Below, in pieces: positions 1-10,690 of a stretch of 64,000 nt of DNA. The number at the start of each line of letters is the position of its first letter. Position 1 is the stretch's first letter. Source of the stretch: an uncultured Chloroflexia bacterium (lineage in GTDB: Bacteria; Chloroflexota; Chloroflexia; Thermomicrobiales; UBA6265); assembly GCA_963737985.1 (NCBI GenBank), contig CAVTUU010000001.1, positions 130,414 to 194,413 of the forward strand, given 5' to 3'. The translations under genes and the position numbers were made by a program. The notes under the pieces are model-generated. The model was given only the letters and a program-made list of their open reading frames with translations. It had not been told where the DNA came from and ran no database searches.

Positions 1-1
1 G

Positions 2-937
2 GGCGAGTTCAAGCAACGACACGGCTGGCAAGTAGAACGAGTTTCCGTTCAACACAACGCAATGACAGCCTGTGGCTCGGTGTTGTTCAAGCGCAGTGGC
101 CCATTCAGCATTGCCTATATTCCTCGAGGTCCATCTGTCCCCTTAGACCAAGAGGCAATTACGCTCGATTTGATGAAAGAGATCGATCGAACCTGCCGTA
201 GTCGACGCGCGTTGCACTTGATCGTCGAGCCAGACAAGTTGCTTCCATTTCGTTCTGGCGAAGGCAGCTTTTCGTTCATTAATGGACCGCCTCCATTTCA
301 ACCTGCGCGCACGGTCAAAGTACTCCTGTTGGAAGATAATGAGCTTTTGAAACAGATGCACCAAAAGACTCGATATAGTGTTCGATTGGCCCAACGTCGT
401 GGGGTGGCGGTGGAGCAATGCCGATTCTCAGAACGAAACGTGGATCTCTTCTTCGGACTGCTCGAAGATACGAGTGAGCGTAACGAATTTGGAATTCATA
501 CACGCCAATACTATGCCGATTTCCTCGAGATCTTTGAGGATGATGCTTTGATGCTCCTTGCCCGTGTGGAAGGCCAGGTAGCCGCGGGTCTAGTTGCGGC
601 GAGATACGGCACAGAAGCTATTTACATGTATGGTGGTTCTTCGAGCGAACATCGAGCCCATGGCGCAGCCTTTCTGCTGCAATTTGAAGCGATGAAGTGG
701 GCACGAGAGTCCGGTTGTGTTCGCTACGACCTCTGGGGAATTCCCGAAGACGACCCTTCGACCGCGTCCGAACAGGGTGATCGAATTGCCGGCACGAAGG
801 GCGAGGATTGGCGCGGGTTGTATCGGTTCAAGACGGGATTCGGTGGGGATATCGTAACTTACCCGCCGACCCTCGAGCTCCGCTATCGACCCTTGCTCTC
901 GTCAATAGCACGCCGTCGTTATGGCAACCGAGTCTAA
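2..937 (+). CDS. FemABX-family aminoacyltransferase (peptidoglycan bridge formation), 5'-truncated by the window edge
   Basis: Frame is open from position 2 (GEFKQRHGW...). Family motifs: YIPRGP, QKTRYSVRLAQRRGV, YMYGGS, QFEAMKWA, YDLWGI, GLYRFKTGFGG. Confidence 0.9.
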   Translation, partial: GEFKQRHGWQVERVSVQHNAMTACGSVLFKRSGPFSIAYIPRGPSVPLDQEAITLDLMKEIDRTCRSRRALHLIVEPDKLLPFRSGEGSFSFINGPPPFQPARTVKVLLLEDNELLKQMHQKTRYSVRLAQRRGVAVEQCRFSERNVDLFFGLLEDTSERNEFGIHTRQYYADFLEIFEDDALMLLARVEGQVAAGLVAARYGTEAIYMYGGSSSEHRAHGAAFLLQFEAMKWARESGCVRYDLWGIPEDDPSTASEQGDRIAGTKGEDWRGLYRFKTGFGGDIVTYPPTLELRYRPLLSSIARRRYGNRV

Positions 938-2456
938 GAGCACGGCCGCGATTGAGCCAGCTGTGACGCTTGGCGAACTCGCGAGCGCTCAAGATCACCT
1001 CGAATTAGCTGGCGATCCTCTCACTCCCATTACCGGAATCACATATGACTCCCGCGCGGTTTCGAACGGGTGTCTCTTCGTCGCGTTGAAGGGAGGCTAT
1101 TTCGATGGCCACGCGTTTCTTCATGACGCGGTAGCAAGTGGGGCCGCCGCGGTTTTGGTCGAAGACGATCACGGCATAGCAATCCCTACGATCAAATCAA
1201 CGGACACGCGCGCATCGCTGGCGCCGATTGCCGCGACATTTTATGCTCGGCCGTCCGAAGGTCTCAATGTCATTGGCGTGACCGGCACTGATGGCAAGAC
1301 AACGACGACCTATCTCGTCGATGACATCTTGCGTTTTGCCGGAAAAGTGACCGGCGCCGTTGGAACTGTTTCAGTTCGAATTGCAGGCGAAGTTGTTGAG
1401 CATGAAACGAGGCAAACGACGCCCGAATCACTCGATGTTCAGCGCTATCTGCGGCAAATGGTGGACGCTGGCGTAGACACGGCGATCCTCGAAGCAACTT
1501 CACATGGACTCGATCTTCATCGCTTGGATAATGTGAATTTCGCAATTGGCGCCGTTACGAATATCACTCATGAGCATCTCGAACATCACCGGACGGTCGC
1601 TGCTTATCGCCGCGCCAAAGGGATCCTTTTCGAGAAGGTCAGCGCGAACAAAGGTGTGGCCATCATCAATCTGGACGACGAAGGCGCCCGCGAAATGCTT
1701 CCGCTTGCCCGGCACGCTCGAATTCTGACGTATTCCATGAACGATGTCGCAGCGGATATCAGTGCGGATTTGATCAAGTCGACAGCCGGTGGATCGACGT
1801 TCAAAGTCAAGTACCAGGACCAAATCGAAAATGTGGATCTTCCCATGATTGGGGGGTTCAACGTCGCCAATGCCCTCTGCGCTATCGGCATCGCTTTGGC
1901 CTGCGACATTGACATTGCCACGTCGACATCTTCTCTTCGCACGGCCTCGACCGTTCCGGGCCGGCTGGCGCGCATATCTGCCGGGCAACCGTTTTCGGTT
2001 TTTGTCGACTATGCGCACACGCCCGAGTCACTCACAAAAGTGCTTCAGTTGTTGCGCGATCTCAATCCCGTTGGACGATTGATTGCGGTCAGCGGAAGTG
2101 CGGGAGAGCGAGATGTCAGCAAGCGGCCACTGCAAGGTGGAGTATCTCAGCGTCTGGCCGACGTCAGTATCTTCACGACCGAAGATCCTCGATTTGAAGA
2201 TGCGGACGCAATCATCGCCGACATTGCGGTTGGAGCGCGCGCCGCCAATGGAATTGAAGGTGAAACCTATCATTGCGTTACGGACCGCAGAGATGCAATT
2301 CGACTCGCGCTTACCTTGGCCGGTGCGGGCGATGTAGTCTTGTTGGCGGGCAAGGGCCACGAGCGGAGTATTATCTGGGGCCAGGAAAAGCTACCCTGGG
2401 ACGAAAGCGCTGTGGCTCGCGAGCTGTTGCACGAGCTCGGGTTCTTGGAGGATTGA
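921..2456 (+). CDS. murE: UDP-MurNAc-dipeptide--diamino acid ligase MurE
   Basis: DSRAV, GVTGTDGKTTT P-loop, TTPES, EATSHGL, VDYAHTP, LLAGKGHE; specificity motif is EDPR. Confidence 0.95.
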   Translation: MATESKSTAAIEPAVTLGELASAQDHLELAGDPLTPITGITYDSRAVSNGCLFVALKGGYFDGHAFLHDAVASGAAAVLVEDDHGIAIPTIKSTDTRASLAPIAATFYARPSEGLNVIGVTGTDGKTTTTYLVDDILRFAGKVTGAVGTVSVRIAGEVVEHETRQTTPESLDVQRYLRQMVDAGVDTAILEATSHGLDLHRLDNVNFAIGAVTNITHEHLEHHRTVAAYRRAKGILFEKVSANKGVAIINLDDEGAREMLPLARHARILTYSMNDVAADISADLIKSTAGGSTFKVKYQDQIENVDLPMIGGFNVANALCAIGIALACDIDIATSTSSLRTASTVPGRLARISAGQPFSVFVDYAHTPESLTKVLQLLRDLNPVGRLIAVSGSAGERDVSKRPLQGGVSQRLADVSIFTTEDPRFEDADAIIADIAVGARAANGIEGETYHCVTDRRDAIRLALTLAGAGDVVLLAGKGHERSIIWGQEKLPWDESAVARELLHELGFLED

Positions 2457-3424
2457 TGGTAAGTAGGCGGACATTCGCAAGAAGCGTTGCGGGCGCAGCA
2501 ATCTTGACCGCGAGCCATCAATATCCAGCGATTCGGTCCACGAGCGCGCAGGAGGCCCCTCCGGGCAAAATTACGTTCGGACGAAGCGGCGACATTTGGC
2601 GCTGGCAGAATGGCGAGACTGCGAATATTTTCGAGGATGGCGCCGCAAGTGATCCACGCTGGTCGCCCGCGGGATCGGATCTTCTCTACGTGCGGAGTGG
2701 TGACAGTTTCTCCGATCTTCACGTCCGTTATCTCGCGAGTGGCGAAGACATTCAGATAACGTTCAATCAACCTGCGGGCCAACAAGGAACAGAGGAATAC
2801 GCCAACAACAGCTCATGGGCAATCGATCCCTATTGGTCGCCCTCGGGTCTCATTGGATTTTCGTCGGATTATTTCACCGACTCGAGCTCGATGATGTTGT
2901 TTCTTATCGCCAGCCTCGACGATGGCGCTTACCTTGCGCCATCAGCCCAATCTGAAGGAAATATTGATTCCGTCACACTATCAAGTGATGGACTTGTTGC
3001 TGGCTACACCGTACGCAGCACGGATGTCAACAACTACAACGTCACGTACATCGCGCTTCGTGATCTCGGCGATGGCGTCGCATATCCGATTCAGACCGAC
3101 AGCGGAGCGGCTTTTGATCCTGCCATCTCGCCCGACAACCAATTAGTTGCCTTCAGTATTCGGGCGTCGGAAACAGATCAGTCAGATGTCTGGATCGTGG
3201 ACCGGAATACTGGAGATTTGCGTCAGGTCACCCAAGACGCGCAAGCCACGAGTCCGTGCTGGTGCCCGGATGGTTCGTGGCTCGCCTACGTCAGAATGGT
3301 TGACTATAACTTCGAGATTTGGGCCGAGCCTTTTTCAAACAACGAGTTCGGTTCTCCCCAGAAGCTCGCCGGTTTCAATGATATAGATGCGCCTGGCGGA
3401 TTGTCCTGGTCATTGGCGCCCTAG
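2456..3424 (+). CDS. Tat-signal, TolB-like (PD40 repeat) beta-propeller protein
   Basis: ATG overlaps the murE stop (TGATG). N-terminus [17 protein letters not shown] is a twin-arginine signal. Repeated PxWSP-type motifs (PRWSPAG, PYWSPSG, PAISPDN, PCWCPDG). Confidence 0.8.
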   Translation: MVSRRTFARSVAGAAILTASHQYPAIRSTSAQEAPPGKITFGRSGDIWRWQNGETANIFEDGAASDPRWSPAGSDLLYVRSGDSFSDLHVRYLASGEDIQITFNQPAGQQGTEEYANNSSWAIDPYWSPSGLIGFSSDYFTDSSSMMLFLIASLDDGAYLAPSAQSEGNIDSVTLSSDGLVAGYTVRSTDVNNYNVTYIALRDLGDGVAYPIQTDSGAAFDPAISPDNQLVAFSIRASETDQSDVWIVDRNTGDLRQVTQDAQATSPCWCPDGSWLAYVRMVDYNFEIWAEPFSNNEFGSPQKLAGFNDIDAPGGLSWSLAP

Positions 3425-5248
3425 TCTTCGGCCTCGTCCTCAAGCATTTTCTTGGTCTCGGCGCGAAGTTCCAAACCTACTTCCGCTAGCTGCTCATCAG
3501 GCACAGATGCAGGCGCATGGAACATGAGGTCCGCGCCGCGCTGGTTCTTCGGGAAAGCGATCACTTCGCGTATATTCTCTTCGTCGGCGAGAAGCATCAC
3601 GATTCGATCTATACCCATCGCAATGCCGCCATGTGGTGGCGCTCCGTATTCAAGGGCGTCGAGGATAGCGCCAAAGCGTTCGCGCCGGTCGGCTGGCGAA
3701 TGCCCCATAAGGCCGAAAATCAATTCCTGATCCTCACGGCGGTGAATGCGCACGCTTCCGCCACCCATTTCATTGCCGTTGCAGACGAGGTCGTATTGTT
3801 TCGCGCGAACCCGTCCTGGGTCAGTATCGAGTAACGGACGATCTTCCTCGAAGAATCCCGAGAACGGATTGTGAGTGGCATCCCAGCGATTTCCTTCTTC
3901 ATCCCACTCAAGCAGTGGAAATTCGTAGATCCAGCAATAGGCCAACACGTTTGGGTCGGCAAGTCCAAGACGGGTTCCAAATTCGTTACGCAGAGTGGAA
4001 AGAGACTTGGCGACGATGGGCGGTTCGCCGGCAACCATCCAGTACCAGGTCCCCGTCAGTTGCGCCGATTCCTGATGTTAGCGCCATTAGTTCGTCTTCG
4101 GACAGAAATTTCGCGATCGACGACTTTACTGCGCCTTCTGTGAGCGCAATAGTCGTGAGATCTCGAGCGCCAGCCTGTTTCGCGATCATCTTAAGTTCGT
4201 CGATCTCGCGTCGTGAGTATCCGCCACATCCCGGAATCACCAGCGCTTTGACCTGACCCCCACCAGTAACGATGGATCGGAAAACGTCGAATCCGGAATT
4301 TCCTAGACTCTCCGAGACATCCCGCAATTCGAGTCCGAAGCGTAGATCAGGGCGGTCGTTTCCGAACCGCGCCATTGCATCGTCGTACGTCAGTCGAGGG
4401 AACGGTTTGGACTGAATTTGCTTGTTCGAGAAGTTTTCGGACAACTCTTGATAGAGAAGCTCGATGAGGGTAGTGACCTCTTCTTCTCGGGTGAACGAGA
4501 GTTCGATGTCAAGTTGGGTGAACTCCGGCTGGCGATCGGCTCGATGCGGCTCGTCCCGAAAACAGCGCGCAACTTGGTAATACCGATCGTATCCCGCAAC
4601 CATCAAGAGTTGCTTTCGTTGCTGAGGCGATTGTGGAAGCGCGTAAAAATTGCCGGGCGCGGAACTGCTTGGTACGAGAAAGTCGCGCGCACCTTCTGGC
4701 GTGCTCTTGATGAGCATCGGTGTTTCGATTTCGAGAAATCCGCGTTCGTCGAGAAAGTCGCGCATGTACTTTGTCAAATGACTGCGCAGGATGACCTTGC
4801 TTTGCATTGACGGTCGCCGCAAATCGAGATAGCGGTATTTCAGACGTAATGACTCGTCGACATCGACCTCTTCGTTGATGTAGAAGGGCGGAGTTTTCGA
4901 AGGATTGAAGACCGTCACATGTCTGGCTTCAATTTCAATTGCGCCGGTTGCCAACCGAGGATTCTCGGTTTCAGGGGGACGGCTGCGCACGATGCCTTCA
5001 ACGCTGAGGACAAACTCATTTCGCACGTCGCTCGCCGCCTGATGCGCATCGGGCTGATTCTCGGGATTGAAGACGATTTGCGTAAGGCCATACCGATCGC
5101 GAAGGTCGATAAAGATTAGACCGCCGAGGTCGCGTCGCCGGTTCACCCAACCGTTCAAGACGACATCGCGACCGACATCGTCTATGCGGAGCGATCCGCA
5201 AGTTATCCTGCCTTCTATCGCGCTTTCAGTTCCGACCACGCTCGACAC
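3421..5248 (-). CDS. aspS: Aspartate--tRNA ligase, split by an apparent 1-nt insertion at ~4039-4040
   Basis: N part: [52 protein letters not shown] part: [29 protein letters not shown]. Removing one G joins ...GDLVL-MVAGEP.... Confidence 0.95.
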
Positions 5249-5291
5249 GCTGAATATTCCTTCCCATCACTCGCATGATTTCAATAATGCA

Positions 5292-6625
5292 CTAATTTGA
5301 TTCCGCGACGAAGAAATGCTGTTTCACTTGGTCTTCCAAGACTTGCTCTGGATCTAAACCCGCGGCAACAATTGCTCGAACCATCCCGAATAAGTTAGCA
5401 CCAAGCTTCTTGCGGATTTCGATTTTTCTCGAAGGTATCAAGATTCTCGTTTGCCAGAACCTTCGCGACCCGGGTGAGTGCCGGCATCGATCTTGGAAGT
5501 CGATCAAACGGATGAACTTCTTCTGAGGCTCGAATAGAAGAACGCTCAGCCCTCTTCACACTTTCCCACGTGGCGACAACCTGGTCCGGTGTTTCCGCGA
5601 CAACGTCGCCGAAGACGTGCGGATGGCGGCGAATAAGTTTGGTGGAAATCTGCTCAAAGACATCTTCCAGTGCGAAATCCCCCGATTCGAACGCTATTTG
5701 GCTGTGCATGGCGACCAATAGAAAAAGGTCGCCGAGTTCTTCGCTGAGATGGTAGGAATCGCCGTCGTCAATAGCTTCGACCACTTCAAAGGCTTCCTCA
5801 AGAATGGCATCGCGTAGAGATTTATGCGTCAGCTTACGATCCCACGGGCAACCGTCTGGGGCTCGGAGGCGCGCGACAAGGCGCTGCACGGCGATTGCGG
5901 TTCTATACGACTCCAACGCCGCCAGTGGGGGCAGAAAAAGCGATGTCAAATGGTCGCTCTGGTGGTGGTCAACTTCGTGTAGCAGGCATTGGATGACTGA
6001 TTCTTGAGAGGGCACACCCGCCGCTCGTATCACTGTGACTTCGTGATCCTCAGGATAGAGTCGAGCTAGAGCTAATTTGACGTGAGAAGCGATTCGAGTC
6101 GAATACATTTGAGTCACGAGAACAGGTCGAGTCGGGACGAGCCCGAGCCTCCCTCCCGCGAACGGTTCCGCAGTCCAGGTTTCGTCAAGTTCTTCGGCGT
6201 CGACGATTTGAACTTCGTCCGCCATGGGGTCGAGATCAAGGGCCGAGACGATTGCATCGATCGCGCTGACCGCAGTTCCTACGACGACCTCGATGCCTCT
6301 ATCGCCGGCGACACCGAGAATCGTCCGGACCGATCGCTCGCCGAAATCGCGGGTGGCCAGGAACAGCGAAGACCACGTCCCTCTTGTCGGCAGCTTCAAG
6401 AACTCGCTCTGCAATTGCTTGATAGACTCTTTCAAAGTTGTCCAACGATTCATAGAGATCGTCGCAAGAAGAGACTCGCGGATCGCCACTGAGGTCATCT
6501 ATTCCTGGGTGAATCCGCGTTCGTAAGATGATTGTCGACGCATCGTCGAGCACAGTCTGTGTTCCGACTGTCCGTAACGACGGATCACCTGGGCCAAGTC
6601 CGACGATGGTAATTTTGCCGGCCAT
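5292..6625 (-). CDS. mazG: YabN-like fusion: tetrapyrrole-methylase-like domain + MazG NTP pyrophosphohydrolase; two apparent 1-nt insertions (~6345, ~5425)
   Basis: MAGKITIVGLGPGD...VFAVPGHP in one frame, then RLRAPDGCPWD, EEAFEVVEAI, EELGDL, KLIRRHPHVFG in the next, then LGANLF...GLDPEQVL in the third. Confidence 0.85.
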
Positions 6626-6629
6626 CGGA

Positions 6630-8462
6630 CTAATTCTTGGTCGCGGCAGCCTTGTCGCCAAGACTGAGGACCGCCATAAAGGCCTCTTGAGGTATTTCGA
6701 CGCTGCCGACCACCTTCATGCGCGCTTTTCCTTCTTTTTGCTTTTCGAGCAATTTGCGCTTCCGCGTGATGTCGCCGCCGTAACATTTCGAGATGACGTT
6801 CTTGCGCATGGCACGAATCGTTTCGCGCGCAATAATCCGACTGCCGATAGACGCTTGGACAGGTACATCGAACATTTGGCGTGGGATCAAACCTCGCAAC
6901 GTCTGCACGAGATCTCGCCCTTTGGCATATGCGTCATCGCGATGAGTGATGAGCGAAAGCGCGTCCACAGGTGCCGCATTGACGAGGACATCCAGCTTCA
7001 CCAGGTCGGCATCGCGTAGGTCGCCGATCGTGTAATCAAGTGACGCATAGCCTTGAGACCTACTCTTGAGTTGATCGTAGAAGTCGACAATCAGCTCGGC
7101 AAGCGGCATATCGAATCGCAATTGAACTCGGTTTTCATCGAGAAAGAGCATTTCGTGGTAGATGCCGCGTCGCCCAGTCACGAGTTCCATGATGGAACCG
7201 ATGAATCTCGACGGAGTGATGATATTGAGATGCACCCAAGGCTCGAGAATCTGCTCAATTTCGCCCGCCGAAGGCATGTCCGCTGGATTGTCGACGACAA
7301 GCCGTTGACCTCCGCGGAGGATGACTTCGTATTCGACACTTGGCGCGGTCGCGAGTAGATCGAGATCGTATTCGCGCTCAAGCCGTTCTTGAATAATTTC
7401 CATGTGCAAGAGACCGAGAAAGCCACAGCGAAAGCCAAAGCCCAGGGCCAACGAAGACTCGGGCTGATAAGTCAGCGATCCATCGTTGAGTTGCAAGCGT
7501 TCTAATGCATCGCGCAAGAGCGGATAGTCTTCACCATCGACAGGATAGAGGCCCGCGAATACCATCGGTTTCGCCGGTCGATAACCAGGGAGAGGCTCAG
7601 TTGCGGGTCGAGTAGCAAGCGTGATCGTGTCGCCAACTTGGAGATCTTTAACGACTTTCAATCCAGTGGCGACATAGCCGACTTCGCCAGGGCCGAGCTT
7701 GCTCGCAGAGATCATCGTCGGCGAAAAAAAGCCGATCTCGAGCACATCTGCCTCTTTACTTGTCGACATGAGTCTAATGCGCTCGTTGGATCGGATTGAA
7801 CCTTCGATGACCTTCACGTAAGCGATGACACCCTTGAACGAGTCATAGTGAGAGTCGAAGATCAGCGCTCGGGTCGGGAGTTCGGGATCGCCTGTTGGCG
7901 GCGGGATATGCTGAACAATCGCTTCGAGCACGTCATCGATCCCAATGCCCGACTTCGCCGAAGCGAATACTATTTCGTTATCGAGCAAGCCAATGAACTT
8001 GCCAACTTCCTCGGCGACTTTTTGAGGTTCCGCGCTCGGCAGATCGATCTTATTGATCACGGCAACTATCGCCAGGTCAAGATCGAGGGCTAGATAAACG
8101 TTAGCCATCGTCTGTGCCTCAATCCCTTGAGCGGCATCGACGACGAGTAGCGCCCCTTCACAGGCGGCGAGACTGCGACTCACCTCGTAGGAAAAGTCGA
8201 CATGCCCGGGCGTATCGATGAGGTTAAGCTCATACTCAAGACCGTCTTTCGCGGTGTAACGCATTCGCACCGCACGGGCCTTGATCGTTATTCCCTTTTC
8301 CCGTTCGAGATCCATCGAATCGAGAACTTGTTCGACCATTTGCCGCCGATCAACTGTACCGGTGCGTTCGAGCAACCGGTCGGCCAGAGTCGACTTCCCG
8401 TGGTCGATGTGGGCGATGATGCTGAAGTTTCGAATGCGTTCTCTAGGAATTTCATTGGTCAT
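6630..8462 (-). CDS. lepA: Elongation factor 4 (LepA)
   Basis: [67 protein letters not shown]. Confidence 0.98.
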   Translation of the reverse strand: MTNEIPRERIRNFSIIAHIDHGKSTLADRLLERTGTVDRRQMVEQVLDSMDLEREKGITIKARAVRMRYTAKDGLEYELNLIDTPGHVDFSYEVSRSLAACEGALLVVDAAQGIEAQTMANVYLALDLDLAIVAVINKIDLPSAEPQKVAEEVGKFIGLLDNEIVFASAKSGIGIDDVLEAIVQHIPPPTGDPELPTRALIFDSHYDSFKGVIAYVKVIEGSIRSNERIRLMSTSKEADVLEIGFFSPTMISASKLGPGEVGYVATGLKVVKDLQVGDTITLATRPATEPLPGYRPAKPMVFAGLYPVDGEDYPLLRDALERLQLNDGSLTYQPESSLALGFGFRCGFLGLLHMEIIQERLEREYDLDLLATAPSVEYEVILRGGQRLVVDNPADMPSAGEIEQILEPWVHLNIITPSRFIGSIMELVTGRRGIYHEMLFLDENRVQLRFDMPLAELIVDFYDQLKSRSQGYASLDYTIGDLRDADLVKLDVLVNAAPVDALSLITHRDDAYAKGRDLVQTLRGLIPRQMFDVPVQASIGSRIIARETIRAMRKNVISKCYGGDITRKRKLLEKQKEGKARMKVVGSVEIPQEAFMAVLSLGDKAAATKN

Positions 8463-8531
8463 CTGATGTATTTGTGCCTCGTCGAATCCAGACCGACTTG
8501 CAAGTATAGCTGAGTGCTTAGTTAGGTAGAA

Positions 8532-10205
8532 TTACATGCCGAGAATGCCGAAAATTCGCGACGCGCCCGGAAGATATCGACAAATTAAATCGATGCCATT
8601 TCGAACCTGGCGTACATGTAAGAAATACGCGGCCAAGAAGTATATGAGCGCCACGAGAGTCAACGCATAGCCGAGCAAAAATAACTGTATGAGTCTTGGC
8701 GCTGCCCCGGGAATTGTGGCGTCTGTGAGTCTTGGGGCGATAGCTTCGGAAGCAAGTGCCATCACCGCGGACGCTATGGCAACTCGGCCAAGCCACGCAC
8801 CAAACGAAGGTGGAAAGCGGCCAAGTCTCTTGCGGAGAACTGCCGCAAGCGCTAGTGCTTCGATCCCCGTAGAAACGCTCAAGCTCAAAGCGAGCCCGAC
8901 GTAACCGACATGATCGACGAGGATCTTCCCGAGAATGACGTTCACGATGATGATCGCGACACCGGTGACGACAGGGGTTACGGTATCGTGCATCGCATAG
9001 AAAACGCGTGTCAGAACTTCAACGAGTCCGTACCACGCCAAGCCAATTGCCAGGAACGCGAGCGGGTCGGCCACAAGGCGAGTCGACAATCCAGAAAACT
9101 GTCCAGACTGGAAGATCGTTTGCACGATCGGCACACGAAAAACATAGAGGCCGATTGAAGCCGGTAGAATCAAAAAGAGCAATGGTTGAAGCGAGCGCAT
9201 AAATGTCGCTCGCACCGCGGGCATGTCGCCTCGCTGATAAAGACGTGCCATTGTGGGAAACACGACAGTCGAAATGCTCAACGCTAATACGCCGTGGGGC
9301 AACATCATGAGTTGCCAGGAGTAATTGAGTGCCGAAACCTTGCCTTCACCGTCGTGCGAGGCGAGATAGTTCACCACGATGAAGTTGATTTGGAACGCCG
9401 CCAGTCCTATGACCCGTGGCAACAATAATCGCCCGACTTCACGAACTCCCTCGACGCGGGTCGAGAGCGTTGGCGTGAATTGCAGACCACTTCGCAGCAA
9501 ACCTGGTATTTGTATGAGAACGTGCAAACCTGCACCAACGACAACGCCAATTGCGACACCGTAGACGCCCATAGATGGAGCGAGTATCAGGGCAAAGATG
9601 ATGATCGCCAGGTTGTAGAGAACAGGCGCCAAGGCCGGAAGTGTGAATTGGTCCTGCGCCTCGAGAATTCCCTTCGCGGCAATGCCTAGCCCAAGAAGGA
9701 TCGGCGAAAGTAAGAGGATTCGCATCGTCTTGGTGGCGATGTCGTGAAGATCGCCGGTCAATCCCGGAGCAACGAGATGCGCCATGATCGCGTCGGCGAA
9801 GATGAACGCAATGATGGCGAGAACGACGGTAATGACCGCAGAAAGCGAGATAACCGCGGAGGCAAGATGCGATGCTTTTTCGCGCTCGCCGTGCGTGACG
9901 AATCCCCCGAACACTGGGATAAACGCCGCGCCAAATGCACCGGCCATCACCACAAGGAAAAGGAGATCCGGCACGCGGAAGGCGCTGACGTATGCATCGT
10001 ATTCGCCAGAGGTTCCAAATTGGCGAGCGAGAATAATTTCTCGTACAAGACCCAACACGCGACTGACAATGAAGGCGGAGCCGACGATTGTGGCGCTCCG
10101 TCCAAGCGAATGTCCAGCGCCAATTCCCGCAGTTACGGGCTCGGTTGCGGGAGCCGCAACACTCGATCGAGGGCGACGATCAACCACGGGGGCCGCAACG
10201 GTCAT
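8532..10205 (-). CDS. murJ: Lipid II flippase MurJ (MviN)
   Basis: SRVLGLVRE, AFRVPD, AFIPVF, many TM helices, RVFYAMHDTVTP. Start placed at MTVAAP; upstream ATG at 10262 is also possible. Confidence 0.93.
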   Translation of the reverse strand: MTVAAPVVDRRPRSSVAAPATEPVTAGIGAGHSLGRSATIVGSAFIVSRVLGLVREIILARQFGTSGEYDAYVSAFRVPDLLFLVVMAGAFGAAFIPVFGGFVTHGEREKASHLASAVISLSAVITVVLAIIAFIFADAIMAHLVAPGLTGDLHDIATKTMRILLLSPILLGLGIAAKGILEAQDQFTLPALAPVLYNLAIIIFALILAPSMGVYGVAIGVVVGAGLHVLIQIPGLLRSGLQFTPTLSTRVEGVREVGRLLLPRVIGLAAFQINFIVVNYLASHDGEGKVSALNYSWQLMMLPHGVLALSISTVVFPTMARLYQRGDMPAVRATFMRSLQPLLFLILPASIGLYVFRVPIVQTIFQSGQFSGLSTRLVADPLAFLAIGLAWYGLVEVLTRVFYAMHDTVTPVVTGVAIIIVNVILGKILVDHVGYVGLALSLSVSTGIEALALAAVLRKRLGRFPPSFGAWLGRVAIASAVMALASEAIAPRLTDATIPGAAPRLIQLFLLGYALTLVALIYFLAAYFLHVRQVRNGIDLICRYLPGASRIFGILGM

Positions 10206-10339
10206 CTCGGCTGCCCCTTCACGTGAAGATCGGTTGTTGATTTCCGCCTGGTTTGGTACCATCGCGCTGCAGCGGCAGAAATGCCGTTATTTTGAGTACG
10301 CCTAATTAATTCAAGCCAAGAGGCAAGGGGAAGTTCAAG

Positions 10340-10612
10340 TTGGCAAATAGCAAATCCGCCGAGAAGCGCATTCGAGTCGCTGAGCGGCGCCGGCAGCGGA
10401 ACCGGCCGTATATTTCGGCCGCCCGCACGTACGTCAAGAAGGCCGAGTTGGCGATCAAGGACGGCGATCAAGAGGTCGCCGCGCTCGCGGTTGGCGATGC
10501 GCTGAGCATGCTCGATCGGGTCGCTGGCAAGCACATTATCCATAAGAACAACGCTGCCCGACGCAAGTCTAGGTTGATGGTAAAGTTCAACCATATGGGC
10601 GCCACGGCCTAG
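10340..10612 (+). CDS. rpsT: 30S ribosomal protein S20
   Basis: MANSKSAEKRIR...IIHKNNAARRKSRL; TTG start after AAGGGG RBS. Confidence 0.97.
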   Translation: MANSKSAEKRIRVAERRRQRNRPYISAARTYVKKAELAIKDGDQEVAALAVGDALSMLDRVAGKHIIHKNNAARRKSRLMVKFNHMGATA

Positions 10613-10634
10613 GTTTCCGACCTTCAATTGATCC

Positions 10635-10690
10635 GAAAAAGCAACTCGCCGGAGCATTAGCTACGAACTGCTCCGGCGAGTTGCTTTTTC
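10635..10690. terminator. Probable bidirectional intrinsic terminator between convergent rpsT and holA
   Basis: Perfect 22-bp inverted repeat GAAAAAGCAACTCGCCGGAGCA / TGCTCCGGCGAGTTGCTTTTTC with a 12-nt loop; A5/T5 tracts at both ends. Confidence 0.8.
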
